A stretch of DNA of 62,563 nucleotides from Candidatus Levybacteria bacterium RIFCSPLOWO2_02_FULL_37_18 (GCA_001784115.1 MFPD01000002.1:1-62563), one strand, 5' to 3'. Counted from the first letter of the stretch, positions 36,470 through 46,329 are shown. The notes: generated from the letters alone by a model not told the origin. Made by a program: numbers and translations.

Positions 36470-37915
36470 CTACTTCCCTTTTAATTCTATCAGAACTTTA
36501 ACTGGATTTCCTGTTATTTCCGAGGCGACTTGTTCTAAAACCCTTACTGCTTTTTCTTCGGAAAGTTTTTCTTTATGGAATTGAAACGAAGTCTCTATGA
36601 CAAGCTCACTATCACTGAAGCTTTTTAATGAACATCCCCTGAGAACTCCGGCTAAGGAATGGTTGTGAGTTTTGACCTTATCAATTAATTGCCCCCAGAT
36701 TCTGTTATCGGTTTTCGGTTTACCGGTTAACTGATTAACTGATTGACTATTATCTGACAACTGAGAACTGAGAACCGATAACTGATTATTTTTTTCGATT
36801 CCCCATTCTATAATTGCTAATTCCAAAGGCAACTGCGGCAATACTGCATATCTCAATTCCTGATGCGCTTTTGAAAACAGTTCTACTAATCTTTTTATAT
36901 CCTCGATACTCATTTCTTGTTTCTTATTTCTTGTTTCTGTTTCTACTCCAACCTGCATTAAAAGATCAACGTGAAGTTTGGAAATTAACTGTTCGAGAAA
37001 GTATTTAATATCTGTTCCTTTCTCTATTACATCCTCAACTGTTGAAAGTGCGAACTTTGTATCTTTATTTTTTAGATGACTTACTATATTTTCTACGTAG
37101 TACTTTATACTTGCTACTTGATACTTTTCCTCGAGAAGCTCTTTGGTGATTTTTTCTCCACCAGATACTAAAACAAGCTCTTCTAAAATTTTTGCTCCTT
37201 CTCGAAAACTTCCATCTGACAATTTTGCAACTTCACCAAAAACCTCTTCGTCTATAGACAATTTTTCACCCTTTCCTATTCGATGAAAAGAACTAATAAG
37301 TTCTTCGTCTGTTGCGATATGGAATTGCACATGAAAACAACGAGAAACAATAGTTCCCGGCACTTTATGAGCTTCGGTTGTACAAAAGATAAACATGGCA
37401 TGAACAGGAGGCTCTTCCAAAGTCTTAAGTAGCGCATTAAAAGCATCTGTGGTAAGCATGTGTACTTCGTCAATTATGTATACTTTTTTCTTTGCGGACA
37501 CAGGCAACAGCTTAATTTTTTCCCGCAGATCTCTTATTTCTTCTATTCCCCTATTCGACGCTCCGTCAATTTCCAAGACATCAAGACTCGAACCATTCGT
37601 TATGGAAATACACTGCGCACACTCATTACAAGGCTCAATGTCTTCGACACTCTTAACTTTTAACTCAGAACCAAGAATTTTCCCTTTTTGTTCTTTGTTC
37701 TTAGTTTTTTGTTCTTTGTTAATTGCAAAACGTTTTTCGCAATTAACCGCTTTTGCCACAATCCGCGCAGTTGAGGTTTTTCCCAACCCCTTTGGACCTG
37801 TAAATAAAAATGCATGGGCAACGGAAGAAGAAAGAACAGGATATAACCTTTCTCTCAAATCTTTACTGTCAAGTTCTTCTATTTTTTGAGGCCGATACTT
37901 TCGATAATAAACCAT
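36470..37915 (-). CDS. dnaX: DNA polymerase III gamma/tau (four 7-mer-type inserts)
   Basis: YRKYRPQ, GPKGLGKTS, EIDGASNRG, IIDEVHML, NALLKTLEEPP. Confidence 0.97.
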   Translation of the reverse strand: MVYYRKYRPQKIEELDSKDLRERLYPVLSSSVAHAFLFTGPKGLGKTSTARIVAKAVNCEKRFAINKEQKTKNKEQKGKILGSELKVKSVEDIEPCNECAQCISITNGSSLDVLEIDGASNRGIEEIRDLREKIKLLPVSAKKKVYIIDEVHMLTTDAFNALLKTLEEPPVHAMFIFCTTEAHKVPGTIVSRCFHVQFHIATDEELISSFHRIGKGEKLSIDEEVFGEVAKLSDGSFREGAKILEELVLVSGGEKITKELLEEKYQVASIKYYVENIVSHLKNKDTKFALSTVEDVIEKGTDIKYFLEQLISKLHVDLLMQVGVETETRNKKQEMSIEDIKRLVELFSKAHQELRYAVLPQLPLELAIIEWGIEKNNQLSVLSSQLSDNSQSVNQLTGKPKTDNRIWGQLIDKVKTHNHSLAGVLRGCSLKSFSDSELVIETSFQFHKEKLSEEKAVRVLEQVASEITGNPVKVLIELKGK

Positions 37916-37918
37916 AGA

Positions 37919-38323
37919 CTAGTGGTGAATTCCTAACAAATGGGACAAACCATGGACGAGCAGTTCGTCGATTTTATCATCAACCAGCATTTCATCTTCG
38001 GCTGCTTCTTTAATCAGCTCAGGATACGACAATACGATATCTCCCAATCGAAGGATTTTTAATCCTCCTTCTCTATGAGGAGGAAGTACTACCGGCTCTC
38101 CCTCTGTTAAAGAAAACGATAAAATATTAGTCGTTTTATCAATGTCGCGATATTTTTTATTAATCTGACGCATTTTTCTGTTTCCTACAAAAGCAACAGA
38201 TACCTCAGACTGGTCAGATAACCCATGCTTTTTAAGCTCCGAAACAACAGTTGTGCGGATTCGCTTTCGATTTACTTTGTACCTGCTTTCAACAAATATA
38301 AAAACCGAAATTTCTTCACTCAT
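37919..38323 (-). CDS. ybeY: rRNA maturation endoribonuclease YbeY
   Basis: NKKYR..TNILSF, LGDI, HGLSHLLG. Confidence 0.93.
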   Translation of the reverse strand: MSEEISVFIFVESRYKVNRKRIRTTVVSELKKHGLSDQSEVSVAFVGNRKMRQINKKYRDIDKTTNILSFSLTEGEPVVLPPHREGGLKILRLGDIVLSYPELIKEAAEDEMLVDDKIDELLVHGLSHLLGIHH

Positions 38324-38511
38324 GCGGCAATCCTTTGCATTTTTCGCACTCTTCTGGCTTCTTCCTGTTTCTGTTTCTTTGCCAAAGAAGGCTTAAGATA
38401 AAACTGGCGGCGCTTTGCCTCAGCTAAAATATTTTCATTAATTACTTTTCGGGTAAACTTTCTTATTACAGAATCATCGCTGTCACCCGGCATCTTTTTT
38501 ACAACTACCAT
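38320..38511 (-). CDS. rpsU: 30S ribosomal protein S21
   Basis: IRKFTRKV, RRQFYLKPS. Confidence 0.88.
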   Translation of the reverse strand: MVVVKKMPGDSDDSVIRKFTRKVINENILAEAKRRQFYLKPSLAKKQKQEEARRVRKMQRIAA

Positions 38512-38529
38512 AAAACACCACCTATCATT

Positions 38530-38655
38530 AAAAATTCCAATATCTAAATACTAAATAAATTCAAATGTCTAATGCCAATTCTTAAACAGTTTTTAACTTT
38601 GGTAATTTGTATTTTGATATTATTTAGAATTTACGATTTGTAATTTAGGATTTAG
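38530..38655. repeat. 7-mer-periodic hairpin element, close copy of 47785-47915
   Basis: Shared right arm TTTGG(T/A)ATTTGTATTTT(G/A)ATATTATTTAGAATTTA(C/T)GATTTGT(A/G)ATTTAGGATTTA. Confidence 0.8.
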
Positions 38656-38693
38656 TCTATTCTACTCCAAATCGTAAGGGGTGTAAAGACGAA

Positions 38694-39023
38694 CTACATG
38701 GCTGCTGCTTTCCCCATGGGACCCATGAGGTGAATGTGCACATGGTCAATCGCCTGAGCTCCTCCACCATTTATACCAACTCTAAATCCCCTTTTATTAA
38801 GCTTAGTTTCTTTAACCATTTTTTGAATTGTTTTTCTGACTGCAACAAGAATTGAATCGTCAGAAAGCTCCAAAAGATCAGGAACATGTTTTTTTGGAAC
38901 AATAAGAAGATGAATAGGCTTAACAGGATGAATGTCCGGAAAGACAATTACATCGCTATCTTCATACACGACTTTTGCCGGAATTTCTTTGTTTACTATT
39001 TTACAAAAAACACAGTCTGCCAT
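38694..39023 (-). CDS. HIT family nucleotide-binding protein
   Basis: DCVFCKI, HLLIVPKKH, HVHIHL. Confidence 0.93.
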   Translation of the reverse strand: MADCVFCKIVNKEIPAKVVYEDSDVIVFPDIHPVKPIHLLIVPKKHVPDLLELSDDSILVAVRKTIQKMVKETKLNKRGFRVGINGGGAQAIDHVHIHLMGPMGKAAAM

Positions 39024-39126
39024 AATACTACCAATACTACCAATAACCCAATCAATATGTAAATGCATACTAGAATTTTTAATTGGGTTATTGATTGGAT
39101 TATTTGAATATTGGATTATTGGGTTA

Positions 39127-40029
39127 TTAAACTTTTTCTAATACCGCAATTATTTCTTTAAGCGTTAGTTTGGTTGGTACCATCTTTGGATTCTTCGGCG
39201 TTCCGTTTAAAAGCATTTTTTTGGAAACATGAAGATACCACGTAGCCTCCGGATCAATTTTCTTTAACTTTTCATATGCTAGAGTTAGATCTATTTCGTT
39301 TTGAGTTTGTGAAGGCCTCGCCTTTATCCTAACGTATCCTTTTCTCGGATCTTTTCGTACTGCTAATACATATCCCATTTTTTGAGCAAGTTTTACCACC
39401 GAGTCATTTATTGTTTCAAATCCAATACCTTTTCCATATCTGGTGCTAAATTCTATTCCTTTTTCCTTTATTTCTATCTCTGCCCAAATTCTGTTTTTGA
39501 AATTATGGACTAACGCGTCGAGTACTTGCATTCCAAACTCTACATAATACTCATCGTCATCCGGCTTTTGCAGTTTTAATCCTTCCAAAACTCCCAAAAG
39601 AGAAAACTCATGATAATCAGCAGTCGGATTGTCCCAAAATACTTCCTTAAAATGATCAATATCTACGACAATTCTTACAATTCTATCAATCGCTTCTAGT
39701 TTGTCCTCTAAATGTTCTTTCCCTTCGTAGTTTTGAGTTTTAATAAGATTTGAGTTTTGAGTTCGCTTGACAAAGTCAAGCGTTCTGCTGGCAGCACACA
39801 CATTCTGGTCATTCGTCTCGTGATGATCAAGCGGCCCCATTCCCGTATCCACATGAATAACCTCATCTCCGTCTATCTTCTCTATCGGAGCTTTGAGTTT
39901 TCCAATTCGTTCCCCCGCAGGAACGAATTGGATATTTGCCGTATTCCATCCCGGAAAAAATCGCTTTAATAGCCACACTGAAGTAATCGCATCCCAATCA
40001 GGTGACGAGTGAGTAACTATAATTTTCAT
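39127..40029 (-). CDS. DHH/MYG1-like phosphoesterase
   Basis: IVTHSSPDWDA, VDTG, DHH. Confidence 0.6.
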   Translation of the reverse strand: MKIIVTHSSPDWDAITSVWLLKRFFPGWNTANIQFVPAGERIGKLKAPIEKIDGDEVIHVDTGMGPLDHHETNDQNVCAASRTLDFVKRTQNSNLIKTQNYEGKEHLEDKLEAIDRIVRIVVDIDHFKEVFWDNPTADYHEFSLLGVLEGLKLQKPDDDEYYVEFGMQVLDALVHNFKNRIWAEIEIKEKGIEFSTRYGKGIGFETINDSVVKLAQKMGYVLAVRKDPRKGYVRIKARPSQTQNEIDLTLAYEKLKKIDPEATWYLHVSKKMLLNGTPKNPKMVPTKLTLKEIIAVLEKV

Positions 40030-40108
40030 CTTTGTAAGTATACACTGTTTGTCCTCACTTGACAAAAAATTGTAATTGAGCCATCATACATACGGATATT
40101 ATACTGTC

Positions 40109-40429
40109 ATGGACAAAAAACAAACTGAATTAAACCCAAAGCTCAAAGAAATTTATGAGCGGGTGATGAGCACAAAAATTTCTTCTCCTGCTCAAAAACC
40201 ATCTGCACCAACCCAACCTCAACCAGCTTCGAATGAAGTTCATACTCCTCAGCTTACTTCAATTGCAGTTAACCCTTTTTCTTCACCCATAAAATCCCCA
40301 ATAAAAAGGCAGGTAAAAAACCCGCCGCAGTTTGTACTGATAATAACCGGCGTTATTTTTTTTCTCGCTTATGCCTTTTTTTGGGTTCGATTTTTTAACC
40401 TCAAGCTTCCTTTTAATCTTCCGTTCTAG
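40109..40429 (+). CDS. small protein with C-terminal TM helix
   Basis: ORF with a Pro-rich middle and a hydrophobic C-terminus. Confidence 0.65.
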   Translation: MDKKQTELNPKLKEIYERVMSTKISSPAQKPSAPTQPQPASNEVHTPQLTSIAVNPFSSPIKSPIKRQVKNPPQFVLIITGVIFFLAYAFFWVRFFNLKLPFNLPF

Positions 40430-42176
40430 AAGAAAGTCTTTGAAGGACTTGTAAGGGAGTTAATAATTCAGATTCACTCTTTGTACGTTCTTTCCATTCT
40501 ATTTTTTCTTCTGTTTTTGAACTTATGACTAACCGTATTGGAATTCCAATCAAGTCAGCATCCGCAAACTTTTCTCCTGCCGACACATTCCCCCGATCAT
40601 CCCAAAGAACTTCAACTCCTTCCTCCTGCAATTTCTTATAAACTTCCTCCGCAATCTCCCTCACCTCGGAGGTGGCCCGCTTCGCCGAAGCTCCAGCGAG
40701 GCGAGCCGAATGGACTCCTCCGAGGTGGATTAGATGAACCTGAAAAGGCGCCACCGCTTCCGGCCACACAATTCCTTTATCATCATGGTAAACTTCTACA
40801 ATTGTGGCCATAGTTCTTGCTAAACCAATTCCATAACATCCCATGTAGTAAGGCTTGGCTTTGCCTTTTTCATCCACAAAATTCGCATCATGCATTTTGG
40901 CAGAATAATGAAATCCCAGTTGGAAAATATTACCCACTTCAATTCCTTTTTTAGCAAAAAAAGGCTTTCCCTCTAACGAAAGATATCCTTCTTTAGCAAG
41001 AGCAATATCTCCTTCCAAATCTGAGGCATAATCCCGGTCAATATTCATATTAAGACGATCCTTGTGCTTTTTATTGGCTCCGCCATAGGCATTTTTAATG
41101 GTACGAAGAGACGTATCTGCCACTACCACCAGTTTGACGTCTTTTTCGATAATTTCTTTAATACCGACCGGAGAAATAAAACCAGGTTCGCTGTTGATTT
41201 TTTGGCGAATTTCTTCGTCTGTCCCGTGACGTAGTTGATAAGCTTTTACCAAATGCATTAGCTTAATTTCGTTTACCTCATAATCGCCCCTGATAATAGC
41301 CAAGATAAATCGTCCTTTTTCATCTACAAATAACACATCTTTAATCTGCTGCCATAACGGCAACCCATGAAGCTTAACTCCGTCTTCCATGGTAGTTCCC
41401 CGAACGGCCTCTACTTCCTGCACTGGTTTTTCTGCTTCACCCACATTTTTTTGGTCTCTTTGAAATTTAGCTACTTCTTCGTGCGCGGCATATGAACCAT
41501 CTTTTGTGGTGAAGAACTTGGACTCTCCTGCTTCGGACTCTACCACAAACTCATGACAATATTCTCCTCCAATATAGCCATTATCTGATTCAACAACGAT
41601 CGTTTTGAGTCCTAATCGATCAAAGATCCTGGTGTATATCTCCCACATACTCTGGTATTCCTTTTTAAATTCTTCCTCTGTTGCGTGAAAGGAATACGCG
41701 TCTTTCATGACAAATTCCCGAAGCCTTAAAAGTCCTCCGCGAGTTCGCATTTCGTCTCGAAACTTTGATGAGAATTGATAAAGATTAAACGGCAAGTCTT
41801 TATAACTTATCTGGAATTTGCGAACCAAATCAACCAGCATTTCTTCTGCGGTACCGCCTAAAACAAATTCAAACTTATTCCTGTCTTTGATTGTCATAAG
41901 TTCAAATCCTACCGAACTTGTCCTGTTGGTTTCTTCCCACAAATATTTCGGATGCAAAATAGGAGTCACAACTTCCTGAGCACCCGCTTTATCCATTCCT
42001 TCTTTGGTGATTTTTTTGATTTTGTCGTGCACCCGAATTCCCAGAGGCAAAAGATAATACCGTCCGGCTGTACTTTCCCGAATAAACCCGGCCCGATACA
42101 ACAACGTATGAGAGACAAGTATTGCATCTTTTGGAGTATCTTTTATAGTCTTACCAAATAATTTTGAATAACGCAT
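40413..42176 (-). CDS. proS: prolyl-tRNA synthetase (bacterial type, with editing domain)
   Basis: RDEMRTRGGLLRLREFVMKDAYSF, IEVGNIFQLG, GCYGIG, FADADLIGIP. Confidence 0.96.
   Translation of the reverse strand: MRYSKLFGKTIKDTPKDAILVSHTLLYRAGFIRESTAGRYYLLPLGIRVHDKIKKITKEGMDKAGAQEVVTPILHPKYLWEETNRTSSVGFELMTIKDRNKFEFVLGGTAEEMLVDLVRKFQISYKDLPFNLYQFSSKFRDEMRTRGGLLRLREFVMKDAYSFHATEEEFKKEYQSMWEIYTRIFDRLGLKTIVVESDNGYIGGEYCHEFVVESEAGESKFFTTKDGSYAAHEEVAKFQRDQKNVGEAEKPVQEVEAVRGTTMEDGVKLHGLPLWQQIKDVLFVDEKGRFILAIIRGDYEVNEIKLMHLVKAYQLRHGTDEEIRQKINSEPGFISPVGIKEIIEKDVKLVVVADTSLRTIKNAYGGANKKHKDRLNMNIDRDYASDLEGDIALAKEGYLSLEGKPFFAKKGIEVGNIFQLGFHYSAKMHDANFVDEKGKAKPYYMGCYGIGLARTMATIVEVYHDDKGIVWPEAVAPFQVHLIHLGGVHSARLAGASAKRATSEVREIAEEVYKKLQEEGVEVLWDDRGNVSAGEKFADADLIGIPIRLVISSKTEEKIEWKERTKSESELLTPLQVLQRLSSRTED
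40662..40728. repeat. composite palindromic element in frame in proS
   Basis: CACCTCGGAGGTG-[GCTTCGCCGAAGCTCCAGCGAGGCGAGC]-GACTCCTCCGAGGTG; encodes HSARLAGASAKRATSEV. Confidence 0.8.
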
Positions 42177-42222
42177 AATTCTTCCTCTCATCCTGAACTT
42201 GTTTCAAGATGATATTGTCATG

Positions 42223-43248
42223 TTAGTATAGCACACATGAAATCAAGTCTTTTGGGTCTTGAGTAACAGGTGTAAGATTTAACTCCTTGCCGATATCGTA
42301 TTCTTCCGCAAGTTCGTAAGTGAGCCTAAGTGCTGAATAATCTTCAAGCGCAATACCAACCGAATCAAAAATAGTTATTTCATTTTTATTCTCTCTGCCT
42401 TTTTTTACCTCTCTAACTAGCTCATGCAGCTCCGCATGAACGAATTTTTTGGCGTCTTTTCTGGTGAGTCTTTGGATTTCTCCTTCAATAAAAGATTGAT
42501 CAAAATATTCAACAGTTATTCGACTGCGTGACAGAATACTAAGCTCCAGTTCGGTTTTTCCTACTGTATCTCCTCCAAGAGCGTTAATATGAACCCCAGA
42601 AGCAATCCAATCATTTTTAATGACAACAACTTGAGCTTTGTTTGCCGTGCAAACGGTAATAATATCTGCTCCTTCAAAAGCTTCCTCAGCATTTTTACAA
42701 CGAACAAGTTTGAACTGGTGATTGGACAAATTCTTTTCAAATTTATCCATAGCGTGAGTATCAATATCAAAAAAGCGAACTTCTTTAATATCCCGAATAA
42801 GTTGTAAAGCCAGCACCTGAAACTCACTTTGGCTACCTGTGCCAATAATTACAAGAGTTCGTGAATCTTTCCGCGCCATAAAATCTGTTGCTAAAGCGCT
42901 CGTTGCAGCAGTTCGAAGTGCAGTAAGTATGGTCATTTCAGAAAACAGCAAAGGATACCCCGTATCAATTCTCGATAACTGTCCAGTAGCTACAACTGTC
43001 GATAAACCAATGAGTGGATTTTTTGGATGGCAATTTACATATTTAAACGAATAATATTGTTTGTTATCACAAATCGGCATAAGTTCCAAAACACCACCAT
43101 CAACATGTATCGCTGGCCTGGGCATTTTGGTAAATGAATCCCAACGAATAAAATCTTGTTTAAGAACTTCTATTAAATCTCTCATGAAATTTTCAAATCC
43201 ATGACGATTTATTATTTCTGATAATGCTTCAACAGTTATTATTTTCAT
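42223..43248 (-). CDS. ocd: ornithine cyclodeaminase
   Basis: ELMP, FKYVNCHPKNP, LTALRTAATSA, GTGSQ, GGDTVGKTEL, DSVGIALED. Confidence 0.88.
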   Translation of the reverse strand: MKIITVEALSEIINRHGFENFMRDLIEVLKQDFIRWDSFTKMPRPAIHVDGGVLELMPICDNKQYYSFKYVNCHPKNPLIGLSTVVATGQLSRIDTGYPLLFSEMTILTALRTAATSALATDFMARKDSRTLVIIGTGSQSEFQVLALQLIRDIKEVRFFDIDTHAMDKFEKNLSNHQFKLVRCKNAEEAFEGADIITVCTANKAQVVVIKNDWIASGVHINALGGDTVGKTELELSILSRSRITVEYFDQSFIEGEIQRLTRKDAKKFVHAELHELVREVKKGRENKNEITIFDSVGIALEDYSALRLTYELAEEYDIGKELNLTPVTQDPKDLISCVLY

Positions 43249-43291
43249 AAATTTAGCCTTACATTCCAAGGGTGTAAACGTAAGAGTTTAC

Positions 43292-43566
43292 AAAAAAACC
43301 CTTGCAAACCACCAAGCCATTATGTGACTTAGAAATTTACAAGGGCGAAATTCTGAATTCTAGATTCTCGCTGTACCACCTTGCTTTTATTCTCTTTTCT
43401 ATAAAAAATGCTCGCCTTCGCGAGCACAATCAACAAAAGAGAACCTCTTTCTTGACGTGCTCTATTTTTTCAAACGATTCACGCTACTGTCTTTTACGGT
43501 TTCGTCTCCGTACTACTCATCGTAGTCTGCAACTCGTTTGGCGGGAAACCAAACTAATAACGCTTT
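43292..43566 (-). ncRNA. T-box riboswitch, Pro-specific, ultrashort Stem I, transcriptional
   Basis: Minus strand: AAGCGTTATTA-GTTTGG-TTTCCCG-CCAAAC-GA (CCC at 43545-43543); TACGG..ACCGTAAAA; CAAGG-TGGTACA-GCGAGA..TTTCGC-CCTTG antiterminator; terminator CCCTTGTAAA/TTTGCAAGGG plus T7; upstream of ocd-proS. Confidence 0.88.
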
Positions 43567-43654
43567 ATTATTCTAATATAGCATACAAACATTTCTCTAA
43601 TACTACATATAACACGCAGCAGTCTGTCTACAATTGGTATTGCCATATGTAGGA

Positions 43655-44557
43655 TTAATACGGCCTATTCCAAAGTTCTCGCACGTATGCACCTGCTTTT
43701 TTACTAGGAAGGTCAAGCCTGAGAAATGCTTCAACTGCCTCTACAAGTGTTTTCTCTTTCAACCCATCTTTTTTATTTGTTGAAGCTGTTTCTGGCGACA
43801 CAGAAGTGGTTGCTTCTTTTTCTGCTCTTTCTTCTTTATCGGCAGCTTGCGCAGCAGGTTGGTTTGTTTGATTTAGCATTTCTGTATGTTTTACTTCAAA
43901 ATCAGTAAAGCGTTGTCTTTGATGATCAAAAATAATACGCTCCGCTTCTGCCACCACTGCTTCTTCTTGTAATATTGTTCTCGCGTTTTCCTGTTCTGCC
44001 AACTCTTTTGTTAATGGTTCCTTTGCCAGCTCGTCAGCATAAAAAGAAGCGGCAACATGCTTGAGCTTTCTCAAAGCTTCAGCTGTTATATCTATATTAA
44101 ATATTTCAACCTTCCCCTCTTCCTCGTGGTAGGTAGAGGAATAATGAGGCGTTATTCCCTGCTGTATTTTTCTCTCACAATTATCAATAAACTTAATAAG
44201 TTTTCCGTATTGCCATGCGCGTTGCATACCTCGATTAACCTGTCTCATGTTTTGCACAACATTTGTTGGATCACTAAAGGGAACAAGAATAAGAGTAACC
44301 GTTGGCTTTACTGCTGGTTGATTTTCTTCAATTTTAGGAGATGGTAACTCTATTGCAGGAACATTAAAAATTGCATATGGTCTTCCATCGCTCCTTGGTA
44401 AAGCATCTAAAAGATAAGGAACGGTGGTAAAATTTTTGGCGTGGACTAGTTTGTTACTGCTTGGCCTCTCCGGAAGAACTATCTGCGACTGGACATCTGT
44501 GCCATATATTAGTAAATTACGTATTTGCCCTCCAGGATTTACTTCATTTTTCCGCAT
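43655..44557 (-). CDS. hypothetical protein
   Basis: Long ORF; coiled-coil-like C-terminal half. Confidence 0.65.
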   Translation of the reverse strand: MRKNEVNPGGQIRNLLIYGTDVQSQIVLPERPSSNKLVHAKNFTTVPYLLDALPRSDGRPYAIFNVPAIELPSPKIEENQPAVKPTVTLILVPFSDPTNVVQNMRQVNRGMQRAWQYGKLIKFIDNCERKIQQGITPHYSSTYHEEEGKVEIFNIDITAEALRKLKHVAASFYADELAKEPLTKELAEQENARTILQEEAVVAEAERIIFDHQRQRFTDFEVKHTEMLNQTNQPAAQAADKEERAEKEATTSVSPETASTNKKDGLKEKTLVEAVEAFLRLDLPSKKAGAYVRELWNRPY

Positions 44558-44665
44558 ATGCTTCTTTACTAACGTTCACAACTCATAGTATAACAAAAAA
44601 TTGCTTGTAATGTACAATACCTTACCTTTTTATTGTTAAGACAAGCTGTCGTTGTGCAGTGTGGT

Positions 44666-45655
44666 TTATTTTTCTTTTACCCCGTGGCCGCCGAATGCTT
44701 GGCGAAGATCTGCAACAAGTTTGGCAGCAAAGGAATTTTGAACTTCTGGATTAGTCTGTGATTGTCTTCTAAATTCAAGTGAGCCTTTTATTATAGGAAC
44801 AGGGACTCTTTCGTTTTCCGCTTCTTCTACAGTCCATTTCGCTTCTCCGGATTCTTCAATTACTCCAAGTACTTGCTCCAAACTCTTATCCTGATCAAAA
44901 ACTTCAACTGTTCTGTCCAGCATAAATCCGGATACCAATGTTCCTTTTTGATATAACCGAGCTACTTTGAGAAGGTCGAATTTGTATTCTGCTTTTTGCA
45001 GTACTCCAAATCCTTCCCCCAAACTCTGCATAAATCCATACTCAATACCATTATGTATCATTTTTACAAAATGCCCTGCGCCACCACTGCCAAAATATTC
45101 GTGCCCGCCATGTGGTTTTGCCAACGAATCTAAAATTGGCTTTATGAATTCATATCCGCACTCATCCCCACCCGCCATCAGCGGATATCCATGGTGAGCG
45201 GCTATCACACCGCCGCTCACTCCAATTCCCAAAAACCGAATACCTTTATTTTTAAACTGTTTAAATCGCTCTTCTGTATCCCGAAAGTGCGCATTTCCGC
45301 CATCTATTGCAATATCATCTTTCGAACAAAGAGTAAGAAGTTCATCCAAAACCGCTCTCGTTGCTTCCCCAGCCGTCACCATACACCACACTATACGTGG
45401 AGATTGTAATTGCCGAACAAGCTCTTCTATCGTTCCTGCAATTATTAGTTTTTCTGAGAAAGTATTTAGTATTTTGTATTTAGTATTTTGTATTTGCTTT
45501 GAATTTCTATATTCGGATTTCGGATTTAATTGAGATATGAGTTCTTCTACTGGCTGAGGTGATCTATTCCACACAACAACTTCATGTCCTTCTTTGAGGA
45601 GCTTAAAAACCATTCTCGAACCCATCTTGCCAAGTCCAATAAATCCAATTTTCAT
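44666..45655 (-). CDS. gnd: 6-phosphogluconate dehydrogenase (decarboxylating, short type) with 7-mer insert
   Basis: GLGKMG, IDGGN, GVSGG, GHFVKMIHNGIEYG. Confidence 0.95.
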   Translation of the reverse strand: MKIGFIGLGKMGSRMVFKLLKEGHEVVVWNRSPQPVEELISQLNPKSEYRNSKQIQNTKYKILNTFSEKLIIAGTIEELVRQLQSPRIVWCMVTAGEATRAVLDELLTLCSKDDIAIDGGNAHFRDTEERFKQFKNKGIRFLGIGVSGGVIAAHHGYPLMAGGDECGYEFIKPILDSLAKPHGGHEYFGSGGAGHFVKMIHNGIEYGFMQSLGEGFGVLQKAEYKFDLLKVARLYQKGTLVSGFMLDRTVEVFDQDKSLEQVLGVIEESGEAKWTVEEAENERVPVPIIKGSLEFRRQSQTNPEVQNSFAAKLVADLRQAFGGHGVKEK

Positions 45656-45781
45656 AATTATTTTCTCTTATTTTTCTTCTGCCATACACTCTTTTTGTAC
45701 AGTATAACACAATAGTTTTAGCAAACTGTTACCCAAAATGCCAGTTGACTTCTGGAAAAAATGTGATAGTATTCTCTTACC

Positions 45782-46318
45782 ATGACAGTTCAATCTCCAG
45801 ACAGTACACCTAATTACGAACAATTTGCGAAATTCGGCATTATTCTCAATAGGGTGTTACAACCACTGTCAGAGCGTAAAAGAGATGGCGCGCTGACGGC
45901 AATAGAACAAATGCGAACATATGTGAGGGATGTAAGTGATGTTTTTGGGAAACAATGCCCACAGGTACTTGTCATTGCTCTCCATGAGATTTTTTTAGAC
46001 AATGGTTTTCGAGAAAAACCTATTGTACATTTTAAATACGAAGACACGGAAGGAAACGGCGATTCTTCGGAAGGAAGATATTCGACTTCGTGGGAAGATA
46101 CAGCCCGCGATGCACTAAGAGATCAAAATGATTTTGGGAGGGCGAAGAGTGCTGTTGACGCATTACATGGAGCTGTAAACACTCTTAGGAGAGTAGACGG
46201 AATAAGTATTCAAGGTGCCGCAGACATTACAGTTGCCGTGTTGGGTAAAGAGCTAAATCCCCGACCCGCTCCTCTTTATAGTTTTAGCGCAAGAGTCGAA
46301 CCACCCTCTCTGGCATAG
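45782..46318 (+). CDS. hypothetical protein
   Basis: ORF preceded by TTGACT-16-TAGTAT. Confidence 0.6.
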   Translation: MTVQSPDSTPNYEQFAKFGIILNRVLQPLSERKRDGALTAIEQMRTYVRDVSDVFGKQCPQVLVIALHEIFLDNGFREKPIVHFKYEDTEGNGDSSEGRYSTSWEDTARDALRDQNDFGRAKSAVDALHGAVNTLRRVDGISIQGAADITVAVLGKELNPRPAPLYSFSARVEPPSLA

Positions 46319-46329
46319 TGCTGATTACT

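Noticed and set aside
36470-37915. Programmed -1 frameshift (tau/gamma) or intein in dnaX
   Set aside because: Single continuous ORF, with no A-AAA-AAG plus hairpin noticed; the inserts are short and lack Cys/Ser...His-Asn intein ends.
43302-43652. 116-aa plus-strand ORF
   Set aside because: Antisense to the Pro T-box, with no protein-like features.
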